Positions 32,262-41,366 of a DNA stretch of 64,000 nucleotides are shown piece after piece (positions within the stretch are counted from its first letter, which is position 1; the number at the start of each line of letters is the position of its first letter). Origin of the DNA: Patescibacteria group bacterium (GTDB lineage: Bacteria > Patescibacteriota > Patescibacteriia > JACQRZ01); assembly GCA_038065255.1 (NCBI GenBank), contig JBBTRI010000010.1, positions 59,762 through 123,761 on the forward strand. Reading direction: 5' to 3'. The notes beneath the pieces were generated by a model. That model saw only the letters and a list, made by a program, of their open reading frames with translations. It did not search any database and was not told where the DNA came from. Made by a program: the position numbers and the translations under genes.

Positions 32262-33373
32262 ATATTTTCAAATACGCGTACTGTTTGCCGTGCCGTCTCA
32301 TCCCATCGATACCGCGCCGCACGATCCTTCCCCTGCTGCATAAGATGCTTCCTTACAGCCTCATTAGTGTAAAGCGTACAGAGTCCTTCCGAAAGATCTG
32401 CAATATTACAGGGATCACACAACCACGCTCCTGAACCGCTGATTTCCGGTATACTCGAATGCGCACCCGCTATAACAGGTACTCCTGCAAGAAAGGCTTC
32501 AAGCGGAGGCAGACCGAAACCTTCGTAGATGCTTGGATATGCGCATACGCGAGCTGAGCAGAGCAAAGCAAATCGACGTTCGCGAGGCATATAGGGGACA
32601 CAGCGAACCCACTGGCTTATCCGGAGCTTCTGTATAGCTACTTGTATCCGTTTCGGTAGAGTGGACACACCCGCAAGTACAAGATAGGCGCTTTGTAGTT
32701 CTTCATTGAGAGTGCGTGCACGGGCAAATGCTTCGATCAATGATTCGATATTTTTTCTGCCTTCTTGCGGACAAAAAGCAAGAATAATCGGAAGTGCTTC
32801 ACAATAACTAGTATGGGATTGAAATTGATCTTCAACGCCAAGATGAACAACGCTCACGTTCTTCGGTGAAATGCGATAAGTCGAGACAATATCTTGTTTG
32901 GTGTGTTCAGAAACAGTAATAATTCCCTTACAGAGCTTTATGAGCCTCTCAGGGTCGAGAGCGCTGTGCCACCACCTACCTTTCAATGACTGTCTGTCCC
33001 GATAATGGATGTAGTTCAAATCATGGATTGTCACAATAACACGTGCGCGTGAAGAAAATGCTGCAAAGTTCATGTTTGGCATAAAAAAAAGGTCTATGCG
33101 TCTGCCGGTATTTTTTTCAAGATACTCATCAAGTTTAGGATAATGTGCAACCATAAGGGAAGTATTAAATAGTTTTGAAGGTATATGCGTATGAACAATC
33201 TGAAGATTCGCGCTCTCACTGAACGGGTGTGCAAACGAAGTACTGGCATTAAAAAATAAAATATAGGAATGCTGTGTGTACTGAGTAAACAACCGGCTCA
33301 AAAGCTGGTAGGTATAGACATCGATACCTCCCCTTGCTCCCTGCAACGATCTGCCGTCAATAGCGATTGTCAT
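32252..33373 (-). CDS. Glycosyltransferase family 4 (GT-B)
   Basis: C-terminal EGFGLPPLEAFLAGVPVIAGAHSSIPE. Confidence 0.8.
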   Translation of the reverse strand: MTIAIDGRSLQGARGGIDVYTYQLLSRLFTQYTQHSYILFFNASTSFAHPFSESANLQIVHTHIPSKLFNTSLMVAHYPKLDEYLEKNTGRRIDLFFMPNMNFAAFSSRARVIVTIHDLNYIHYRDRQSLKGRWWHSALDPERLIKLCKGIITVSEHTKQDIVSTYRISPKNVSVVHLGVEDQFQSHTSYCEALPIILAFCPQEGRKNIESLIEAFARARTLNEELQSAYLVLAGVSTLPKRIQVAIQKLRISQWVRCVPYMPRERRFALLCSARVCAYPSIYEGFGLPPLEAFLAGVPVIAGAHSSIPEISGSGAWLCDPCNIADLSEGLCTLYTNEAVRKHLMQQGKDRAARYRWDETARQTVRVFENICA

Positions 33374-33379
33374 ACTGCA

Positions 33380-34273
33380 TTAATCGTTAAGCGTATAGTA
33401 TAAGCGATTATCAAAACGAACATCAACTTTCTTGAGTTTTGATCGCTTTTTTTTGATTGAAGACGAGAGGAGAGTTGAAGCATTTTTCAGTTGTGCATAT
33501 ACATCCCTGTCAAGCATCATATGAAGCTCCCATCCTTCCTGTGTAACCATAGCAATCGATGGATCACCTCGTGTATAGAGCGTATAGGCACTGTCAATGC
33601 CACTTTTTTTTGCACTATCTCTCAGTACCATAAGCGTCTGAAGAACATCTTGATCAATAACAGAAAGACCCTCATGGGCATCTTGCTGGGTAGCATCAAC
33701 AATAAGGGGTGGTACTACTGGTCGTTTCTGAATATGTTGACCAACGAGTACACTATCTTTCCCATAGTGCTTTCGTAAGAGGTCCAGAGGCAGTGATGCA
33801 ATAGTCGTTTGATCAGTAGGCCCAATAATAGCACCATTACTCCCAATCATCCATACTCCGCCCTTACTATACCAAAGCAATTGAAATTTCTTGCCTTCGA
33901 GTGTAATGCGAATAGTTCGTGGATACGATTTTTGAATATGAAGAGTATCTACAAGAACACTGTTTGAAATTACTGATGAAGCTTTGTCGGTATTGAAAAA
34001 GAAAATATTACGCTGAGAAAAAAATCTAAACGCAGAATCATCAAGCTGGCGATACAAATCAGAACGAAGTTCATTAATATCCAAAGATTCAGGCGCTATA
34101 ATATCAATGGCTTGGATAGAAAAAAGGTTTGAAAAAAATATTCCGTATACAATAAAACCAATCACCGCCAAAATACTTGCAGTAATACTTACAAATCGAG
34201 TTTTTTTAAAAAACATTTGCATCCTGCCATGCCTTTTTCGGCTAAGGCGTTGATGGGCACTAGGTGCTGGCAC
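33380..34273 (-). CDS. FtsQ/DivIB-like cell-division protein (single TM plus POTRA-like region)
   Basis: TM ITASILAVIGFIVYGIFF. Downstream VDTLHIQKSYPRTIRITLEGKKFQLLW fits the FtsQ POTRA pattern (v.v.r..P..l.i.v.ER.p.a.w). Confidence 0.45.
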   Translation of the reverse strand: MPAPSAHQRLSRKRHGRMQMFFKKTRFVSITASILAVIGFIVYGIFFSNLFSIQAIDIIAPESLDINELRSDLYRQLDDSAFRFFSQRNIFFFNTDKASSVISNSVLVDTLHIQKSYPRTIRITLEGKKFQLLWYSKGGVWMIGSNGAIIGPTDQTTIASLPLDLLRKHYGKDSVLVGQHIQKRPVVPPLIVDATQQDAHEGLSVIDQDVLQTLMVLRDSAKKSGIDSAYTLYTRGDPSIAMVTQEGWELHMMLDRDVYAQLKNASTLLSSSIKKKRSKLKKVDVRFDNRLYYTLND

Positions 34274-34709
34274 AAAATGCTTTCTTTATGAGCGATGATT
34301 TATACCTCGTACCGCGGAATGCTCGAGCACGAACTATTGCATGCACGGATATATGCATACGTTCGAGCTGCTCCGAAAGTTTTTTGTTGGTAATATCCTG
34401 ATCATATCCAAGACACACAATCTCGGGACGCACTCGGTCTATTATTTTGCAATGATGAATTTTATCACCAAGTATTGCCTGATCAACACACCCCAAGGAT
34501 CCAACGATCGCAAGTCTTTCTTGTTCATTAAAAATAGGTTTTCTACCCTTTAGCGTTATTACTGTTTTGTCTCGCGCAATAACAACAACAAGTTTTTTTC
34601 CCAGACGTTTTGCCTGTTGCAAATACGAAATGTGCCCGGGGTGGATGATATCAAAGGTGCCGAATGCCATAACAGTGGCATTCTGAGAGTTGTAGTGTGT
34701 GCGCTTCAT
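34260..34709 (-). CDS. Cytidylyltransferase-like nucleotidyltransferase, closest in pattern to archaeal RibL-type FAD synthetase / TagD family
   Basis: HxGH motif AFGTFDIIHPGH. ARDKTVITLKGRKPIFNEQER resembles the RibL 'ARDETV..KGRKPI' region. 149 aa. Confidence 0.55.
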   Translation of the reverse strand: MKRTHYNSQNATVMAFGTFDIIHPGHISYLQQAKRLGKKLVVVIARDKTVITLKGRKPIFNEQERLAIVGSLGCVDQAILGDKIHHCKIIDRVRPEIVCLGYDQDITNKKLSEQLERMHISVHAIVRARAFRGTRYKSSLIKKAFCAST

Positions 34710-36181
34710 TGTGCCTTTGGTCGAAGAGTAGGAAAAAGAATAACTTCTTTCAGGCTTGCTGAATTTGTAAGAAGAGCTGTCAGACGATCTATTCCCATGC
34801 CGAAGCCAGCAGTGGGCGGCATACCATATTCGAGCGCATTCACAAAGTCATAATCAGTGCCATGTGTTTCTTCATCTCCCATCTCACGATTCATTGCTTG
34901 CACCTCAAAACGTTCTCGCTGATCAAGGGGATCATTTAACTCACTGAATGCATTGACTACTTCCATACCGGCAATGATCAGCTGAAATCGCTCCGTAAGA
35001 TTTGGGTTATCGGCTTTCTTCTTCGCTAGAGGAGAAAGTTCTATGGGGTAATCAACGATAAATGTCGGCTGAACAATAGAGCTTCGCACAAAGGATTTAA
35101 AAAGTTCATCAAGTATACTTGCTTTTGTAGGGTATGTTGCACAGTCGATGTTTCGGTCTGACGCTTCACGTCTGAGATCTTCCAGTGAAGTATGTCGATC
35201 AATATCGATATGTGCATAATCCAAAAGCGCATCTCGAAACGAAAGCTTTTCGAATGGCTGTCCAAACACAAGCTTTACATCTTTATAGATACAGGAGTCA
35301 GAATCATGCATAGCTCGAACAACAGAGAGTAGTAATGCTTCAATAAAAGACATGAGAAAATGATAATCCACATACGCGCAATATGCTTCAATCTGGGTAA
35401 ATTCAGGATTATGAGCGTGATCAATGCCTTCATTGCGAAAACAGCGAGCAAATTCATACACACGCTCGTATCCTCCAATAATGAGGCGCTTGAGATACAA
35501 CTCAGGCGCAACCCGAAGATACATATCCATATCCAGAGCATTATGATGGGTAACAAACGGCTTTGCCGCTGCACCCCCTGCAAGTGGCTGCAAGATTGGT
35601 GTTTCTACTTCGAAAAAACCATGCTCTTCAAAATACCGACGAATCGTTCGCATGAGGCAACTTCTTTTTTGGAAAATATCCTTTACGTCCTGATTTGCTA
35701 TAAGATCAAGGTACCTCTGTCGATACCGCGTTTCAATATCGCTCAAACCATGCCATTGCTCAGGCAAGGGAAGCAATGCCTTTGAAATAATGCTTAATGC
35801 CGTTGCATGAATGGTCATTTCTCCTGTTTTTGTCTGAAAGAGCGTGCCTTCAATCTGTACATGATCTCCTATGTCCAGTAAATCTTTTACAATTGCGTAA
35901 CATTTATCCCCAACATCATCTTTTTTTACATACGCCTGTAGGCGATCGGTTTCATCCTGTACAGATATAAATGCTGATCCACCATGCCGCCTTAGATTGC
36001 GAATTCTTCCAACAATATGTATACTCTCGTGTGAACTGGAGAGCTCATCAAAAAAGAGACGTGCCTCGTGGCATGTTTTAGTTCTTTGAACCGTTGACGG
36101 GTAGGGATCCAAACCTAATGTACGAATTGTATGGGCTTTTGCTATGCGTACGCTTCTCTCATCAATGTCACTCATATTCAT
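34706..36181 (-). CDS. lysS: Lysyl-tRNA synthetase (class II)
   Basis: GGYERVYEFARCFRNEGIDHAHNPEFTQIEAY (motif 2). C-terminal GMGIDRL. 491 aa. Confidence 0.9.
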   Translation of the reverse strand: MNMSDIDERSVRIAKAHTIRTLGLDPYPSTVQRTKTCHEARLFFDELSSSHESIHIVGRIRNLRRHGGSAFISVQDETDRLQAYVKKDDVGDKCYAIVKDLLDIGDHVQIEGTLFQTKTGEMTIHATALSIISKALLPLPEQWHGLSDIETRYRQRYLDLIANQDVKDIFQKRSCLMRTIRRYFEEHGFFEVETPILQPLAGGAAAKPFVTHHNALDMDMYLRVAPELYLKRLIIGGYERVYEFARCFRNEGIDHAHNPEFTQIEAYCAYVDYHFLMSFIEALLLSVVRAMHDSDSCIYKDVKLVFGQPFEKLSFRDALLDYAHIDIDRHTSLEDLRREASDRNIDCATYPTKASILDELFKSFVRSSIVQPTFIVDYPIELSPLAKKKADNPNLTERFQLIIAGMEVVNAFSELNDPLDQRERFEVQAMNREMGDEETHGTDYDFVNALEYGMPPTAGFGMGIDRLTALLTNSASLKEVILFPTLRPKAQ

Positions 36182-36300
36182 TAAGAATTCATTATGTATA
36201 CCCTAGAGAATAACCGAAAAAAGCCATACCGTAAAGCCCCTGAATAACCATAAGGTACTCAGGGACAGCTAGAGAGTAGTACGCGTGCCTTATTGTTTTG

Positions 36301-36759
36301 CTATTTGATTTCAATAATGCGGTATTCCATCATTCCCCGAGGAGTACCAACAGCAACGTTATCTCCCTTTTGCTTTTCCAAAAAAGCCCTCCCCATTGGG
36401 GATTCATAGGAAATCTTTGCGAGGCTTGGATTTGTTTCCTCTGTACCGACAATCATATATTCAAAGCGTTTTTTATCGCTTGATTCAACTACTACCGTAG
36501 AACCGATACGTACATGAGAATGATCCTTGGATTGCTCAACAACTGCAATATCTTTCATCAGAGCCTTAAGTGTTCCAATACGAGCAACCAAAAGCCCCTG
36601 TTCTTCTTTTGCAGAAGAATATTCAGAATTTTCTTTTAAGTCTCCGAGTTCGCGAGCTGCAGCAATACGCTCGATGACCTGCTGCATTGCAACGTTCTCT
36701 AAATATTCAATTTCTTCCTTTATTTTTTTTAAACCTTCCTGCGTAACAAAATGTGGCAT
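36301..36759 (-). CDS. greA: Transcription elongation factor GreA
   Basis: N-terminal coiled coil with MPHFVTQEGLKKIKEEIEYLE. C-terminal FKBP-like domain. 152 aa. Confidence 0.9.
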   Translation of the reverse strand: MPHFVTQEGLKKIKEEIEYLENVAMQQVIERIAAARELGDLKENSEYSSAKEEQGLLVARIGTLKALMKDIAVVEQSKDHSHVRIGSTVVVESSDKKRFEYMIVGTEETNPSLAKISYESPMGRAFLEKQKGDNVAVGTPRGMMEYRIIEIK

Positions 36760-36864
36760 AGAACAATTCCCTTTCGTAGATAACTGTATTACGAATATGA
36801 ACGCTAGTATACCTATTTTCTAGCAAGTCGTCAATACCATATTTGTCAACAGTAAAACTAACAA

Positions 36865-38811
36865 TTATTTATTACTTAATTTTTTATATTCCCTAAAATA
36901 CCAATTCAACAAATCACTTGCAACACTCATTGCCGTCCTACTCCCCTCCTCTCCTTCTTCAATAAGAACTGTCAGTACAAGTTCTGGTTTCTCGTAGGGT
37001 GCCCAACCGGTAAACCACGCGTGAGGAGGTTTTGTAGATGACCACTGTGCCGTTCCTGTTTTTCCTGCTGCATCAACCGGCAATGATAGGAGTCTGCGTG
37101 AGCTTCCAGCAAGCACGCCCGCACGCAATCCTTCGCGTACCGTTGCCACAACATCACTCCCAACAATATCTTTTTTATGTATTATCGGTTGAACAGTATC
37201 ATATTCAGTGCTCGATTCTTTTTGTGCAATAGATTGAACGATGTGCGGATGATAACTAACGCCTTTTTGTGCAAAGTACGCAGTATATGCATTCACTTGA
37301 AAGGGCGTAACAAGCACATCTCCCTGCCCTATTGAGATATGGTAGGTATCACCGATATACCACGGCTCATGCCGTACGTCATTTTTCCATTCTGGCGTGG
37401 GCAAAAAACCGCTTCGCTCTTCTTGAAAATCAACATGCGTTTGTTCTCCTATGCCGAATCGCCTGAAATAGTCCACAAGCAAATCCACACCAAGGCCCTT
37501 TTGCCGCTGATACCCACCTCCAATGCTATAAAAATAGGTGTTAACCGATTCTGCTAACGCCTTAATAACATTCGTTTTTCCATGCCCTCCCGCCTTCCAG
37601 TCCGGAAAGAACCATGCTCCATACCGAATGCCGCCGCTACTCAGCACAGTGGTAGCTTTTGTGACAATATGTTCCTGAAGCGCAGCGGCTGCTACAAGCA
37701 TTTTAATCGTTGAACCGGATGGATATTCGCCTCCTGTTCCTCTGTTCAGCAGCGGCCGCTCCTTGTCATCAAGAAGTGATTGGTATTCCTGAGATCTGAT
37801 GCCGTTTGCGAACATATTACTATCATAGGAGGGCAGACTGACATATGCCCGTATCTGGCCGCCGGAAGGATCGGTTGCAATCAGAACTCCCCTTTTCTTA
37901 TTGAACTTCTTAAGCACGGCTCCAAGAATTTCTTCTGCCTTTTTTTGCACCTCCCAATCAAATGTAAGTACAATATTCCTTCCCTGCTTCCCTGGCCGCT
38001 CAGAAAGTATTCCTTTTTCATGTCCAAGCGCATCTACCTCTACCTCCCTCTTTCCCGCAATTCCTCTCAGCGCATCCTCATAGGAAAGTTCTAATCCGAT
38101 TTTGCCAATAGTATCAGTTAGTGTGTACGCATCTTTTACTTCTTGAAGTTCATCGTCACTAATTCTTCCCGTATATCCTATAATATGTGAAATGCTTTTT
38201 TCTGGCGTCATTTCATACAATCTGCGTTCAGATACAACTAGTTCAATACCCGATGCCCCTTGAAGAGATGCTTCGAGCTTGAGTGCTGTTTCATAGGATA
38301 TATGATCTACAATAAGGAATGGCTGATAACGGTCATGCCGAGCTATTTCCTGCTCTATGTTCTGCACCGGTATTCCTAGAGTAGATGAAAGTGTTGCAAA
38401 AAGAGCTGAGCGGACATCAGACTGAGTATCCAGATCAATAGGAGTTAGGGCAACAGCGAAATCGGGTATATTTCGGACAAGTACCCTTCCTTTCAAATCA
38501 AACAATATGCCGCGATGCGCCTGTGTTGTAATAACTCGGGTTTTGTTGCGCTCAGCAAGAAGAGCAAAATCATTCCCTTTGAAAAGCTGAAAGTACGCGC
38601 TTCGTGCAGCAAACAAAAGAATAACAGCAACGAAACATGCGAATAGCAAATTCAGTCGGCGATCAGTAATAGTCCTCCCCATGAACTCTGCCGCATGTGA
38701 TTGCCCTTCAATAAAAGAAGATTCAACCCACTCATACGGATTGCCATACTTTACCGATATCTCCTCCCCCTCATCCAGCTCTGGAATAAACGGCAGCTGT
38801 GATTTTTTCAT
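36865..38811 (-). CDS. mrdA: Penicillin-binding protein 2 (class B transpeptidase)
   Basis: N-terminal TM. SxxK (SGSTIKM), SxN and KTGTA motifs. 648 aa. Confidence 0.85.
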   Translation of the reverse strand: MKKSQLPFIPELDEGEEISVKYGNPYEWVESSFIEGQSHAAEFMGRTITDRRLNLLFACFVAVILLFAARSAYFQLFKGNDFALLAERNKTRVITTQAHRGILFDLKGRVLVRNIPDFAVALTPIDLDTQSDVRSALFATLSSTLGIPVQNIEQEIARHDRYQPFLIVDHISYETALKLEASLQGASGIELVVSERRLYEMTPEKSISHIIGYTGRISDDELQEVKDAYTLTDTIGKIGLELSYEDALRGIAGKREVEVDALGHEKGILSERPGKQGRNIVLTFDWEVQKKAEEILGAVLKKFNKKRGVLIATDPSGGQIRAYVSLPSYDSNMFANGIRSQEYQSLLDDKERPLLNRGTGGEYPSGSTIKMLVAAAALQEHIVTKATTVLSSGGIRYGAWFFPDWKAGGHGKTNVIKALAESVNTYFYSIGGGYQRQKGLGVDLLVDYFRRFGIGEQTHVDFQEERSGFLPTPEWKNDVRHEPWYIGDTYHISIGQGDVLVTPFQVNAYTAYFAQKGVSYHPHIVQSIAQKESSTEYDTVQPIIHKKDIVGSDVVATVREGLRAGVLAGSSRRLLSLPVDAAGKTGTAQWSSTKPPHAWFTGWAPYEKPELVLTVLIEEGEEGSRTAMSVASDLLNWYFREYKKLSNK

Positions 38812-39311
38812 ACACGGTCAATGGTCATACCATAACGTCTCACATAGTGTAGTCTGCCAATGATGACATATCCAATAGATGCAACAGAATAAACGACAAG
38901 CAAACTCAAAACTGATTCGATAGCATCAGTACGCGATGGCACGGCAAAGCCATATGTGGGAATACTATAGCTAATAAGTGCTAATAGTAGTGGTGTGAGG
39001 GAAAGATTGATAATCAATATGCTCCAAGTATTTCCTGTAAACCCTAAAAATGACCGATGGGTAATAATAGTATTGATCAATACAATACCTACTAGGCATT
39101 CAATGCCATAGAGCACCAGATGAAAACCAAAAAGTGGAAAAAATAAATCACGCAGAAAACCACTGATAAGCGCATAGGTGATAGCCTCTTCCTCGGAGAA
39201 AAAAAACACAACAAGCACAAGTCCAATCACAAGTATGTCCACTGTTGGTATGAGTGTAATCTGAAGTGCAAGAAGAATAGCGCTTGCGCCGAGCAGCCAA
39301 AGATACTTCAT
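38808..39311 (-). CDS. Rod-shape-determining protein MreD-like membrane protein
   Basis: 167 aa with ~5 TM. Immediately upstream of PBP2 and overlapping it by 4 nt. Assigned by position and topology only. Confidence 0.4.
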   Translation of the reverse strand: MKYLWLLGASAILLALQITLIPTVDILVIGLVLVVFFFSEEEAITYALISGFLRDLFFPLFGFHLVLYGIECLVGIVLINTIITHRSFLGFTGNTWSILIINLSLTPLLLALISYSIPTYGFAVPSRTDAIESVLSLLVVYSVASIGYVIIGRLHYVRRYGMTIDRV

Positions 39312-39329
39312 GACAATAGAGCTAGTAAA

Positions 39330-39608
39330 TTAACGAAGGTAGCTTGAGAACTTTGAAACCATCATTTTCTTGAGCGCATCAAGACCCTTAGAAAACGCCT
39401 CGCGCCCACTTTTTTCAAGTTGCATCTTATCACCAACAATTGACTGGTCAATTTCTACGCTGAGTACATTTTGATTACCGTCGAGCGTTACTTTGAATGA
39501 GTTATTATTGGATGCGCCTGTCACCTTCTCCTTTGCCAATAGTGCTTGGAGCTGGGTAGCCTGTTTACGCATCTCGTACATGTCTTTCATTTTATCGAGG
39601 ATTGACAT
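39330..39608 (-). CDS. ybaB: Nucleoid-associated protein YbaB/EbfC
   Basis: 92 aa. MKQATQLQALLAKEKVTG...VEIDQSIVGDKMQLEKSGREAFSKGLDALKKMM is the typical YbaB. Confidence 0.85.
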   Translation of the reverse strand: MSILDKMKDMYEMRKQATQLQALLAKEKVTGASNNNSFKVTLDGNQNVLSVEIDQSIVGDKMQLEKSGREAFSKGLDALKKMMVSKFSSYLR

Positions 39609-39620
39609 AGAAAGTGAAAG

Positions 39621-40307
39621 TTATCTATCAAATTGAATGAGGGGACATTTTATATGGTTATGTTTTTTAGCAGTACAGTATGCTCGGCCGTATTCAATAA
39701 GGAGATACGTCAGCTTAAACCATTGCTTGCGAGAAAATAACGCCATCAAGTCCTGCTCTATCTTATTAGGATCCTGATGTTTTGACAAGCCCAGGCGATT
39801 CGCAAGGCGCTTAACATGCGTATCCACTGCAATACCCTCCACAACGGCATAGGCATTACCCAGCACCACGTTTGCCGTCTTGCGAGCAACTCCGGGGATA
39901 GTAAGTATTTCTCTCATCGTTCGTGGAAGTCTGCCATGAAACTTCGTCTTTAGCATGTTTGCTGCTGCAAGAATATTTTTTGTCTTGTTACGATAAAATC
40001 CTGTTGAGAAAATATCCTTTTCAAACTCCTTTGGCTTTGCACCTAGATAATCACCAAGTGTTTTGTATTTCTTAAAGAGCTTAGCCGTCACCTCATTTAC
40101 CTTTTTGTCAGTACATTGTGCAGATAGCATAACAGCAACCAAAAGCTCCCAGTTATTGGAGTACTTCAGTATCATCCCAGCATGAGGAAAGAGTTTTTTA
40201 AGCTTACGAAAGATTTCTTGCGCCTGCTGTTTGTCATGGACAGATGGAAGCATAATCAACACTTGCAGCCTAAAAGTCCTCTTTGCCGGCATCACCATGA
40301 TCAGCAT
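39621..40307 (-). CDS. nth: Endonuclease III (HhH-GPD DNA glycosylase)
   Basis: LVAVMLSAQCTDKKVN. HhH-GPD LTIPGVARKTANVVL...AVDTHVKR. The C-terminal Cys cluster is incomplete (two Cys only). Confidence 0.8.
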   Translation of the reverse strand: MLIMVMPAKRTFRLQVLIMLPSVHDKQQAQEIFRKLKKLFPHAGMILKYSNNWELLVAVMLSAQCTDKKVNEVTAKLFKKYKTLGDYLGAKPKEFEKDIFSTGFYRNKTKNILAAANMLKTKFHGRLPRTMREILTIPGVARKTANVVLGNAYAVVEGIAVDTHVKRLANRLGLSKHQDPNKIEQDLMALFSRKQWFKLTYLLIEYGRAYCTAKKHNHIKCPLIQFDR

Positions 40308-41355
40308 CGATATATTCTCGTACTTTTATGCCTTTTACCCGTGCTTTTTCCCTATTTGTTTGATCAAGGAATATAAGCTGCCCTCCTCTATCAAGGCCTT
40401 CTTTGAACGTTCCCGCAATATCATCAACATACGATTGATTTGCCTGGTATGCCTTTGTGCTAGAAAATGCTTCACGACCCCAACGATTGCACCATTGATA
40501 AAATGCTTCAACAGCACTCATTACCTTGTCTTTTGAAGGCGTCCTACCATCCATTGGCCGTACCATAAGATGTTCAGGAACTTCCCCGGCGCCTTTCTTC
40601 GGTAAGCCGGTTTTTTTAACAAAGTCTAATGCGGGTTGAACATATTTCAACTCTGTATATTTCTGTTTATCACCGCTTTCGATATATGCTCGTTTCCAGC
40701 CTAACTTATTCCAAAATTTTTCAGATGTATACGTACACTCCCCTGCAGCTAATGCAAATTTCTTTCCAAGTTTTTCTGCTTCAGCAGCACAATCCATAAG
40801 TGCCGATATATACGCCTCTCGCGCCAAGCCAGACTGTTTTACTTCTTTATCAGTAACTGCATAGGCTATCATAAGCATTGTTTCCCCTGTCGGATTGCCA
40901 TGTTCATCTTTAAGATCAAGATTGCCGCCTGCAACCGTACATACAACCTTACCCTCGGGATCACGTACGGCAAACACTTTATATTTTACTTGACTTGGAA
41001 CACCAAACTCTACGCCCGATACAGCTTGCCGTAAAATTTCCTCCGGATCTACCTCTTCCTCGCCAAATGTCCGAATAAATAAATCCTGAACTTCAGACAG
41101 AGTAGGGCTTTCTCCTGATTCTACATGCTCGATTTGATACTTCTTGCCTTCAAAATCAAGCGTACATGAAGGTGAATCATTATTTGATCGTGTAAATTTA
41201 CTCATGCCTCGCAACTTCTCAATATCCTTCCATGCGGGTTGATTGCTCTGCGATTCTGCCGTGCATGGCTGACAGAATGAAACAACGGGCACACCATGGG
41301 GACAGCTTCCCTGCCAATCGCGCTGCATGCTGTCTGGAGATGTCTCTATCATAGA
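40270..41355 (-). CDS. GNAT-family acetyltransferase-like protein with an N-terminal Cys motif
   Basis: GNAT-like core (MLMIAYAVTDKEVKQSGLAREAYISALMDCAAEAEKLG). N-terminal CPHG...CQPC. The start was set at the internal Met at 41355 to avoid a 78-nt overlap; the ORF-track start is 41445. Confidence 0.4.
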   Translation of the reverse strand, partial: SMIETSPDSMQRDWQGSCPHGVPVVSFCQPCTAESQSNQPAWKDIEKLRGMSKFTRSNNDSPSCTLDFEGKKYQIEHVESGESPTLSEVQDLFIRTFGEEEVDPEEILRQAVSGVEFGVPSQVKYKVFAVRDPEGKVVCTVAGGNLDLKDEHGNPTGETMLMIAYAVTDKEVKQSGLAREAYISALMDCAAEAEKLGKKFALAAGECTYTSEKFWNKLGWKRAYIESGDKQKYTELKYVQPALDFVKKTGLPKKGAGEVPEHLMVRPMDGRTPSKDKVMSAVEAFYQWCNRWGREAFSSTKAYQANQSYVDDIAGTFKEGLDRGGQLIFLDQTNREKARVKGIKVREYIDADHGDAGKEDF

Positions 41356-41366
41356 GTAACTTATTA

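Noticed and set aside
36181-36865. Intergenic regions around greA, checked for riboswitch or T-box elements upstream of lysS
   Set aside because: There is no T-box specifier/antiterminator or lysine-riboswitch-like conserved segment recognisable by eye. The regions are short and A/T-rich, so they are more likely plain promoters.
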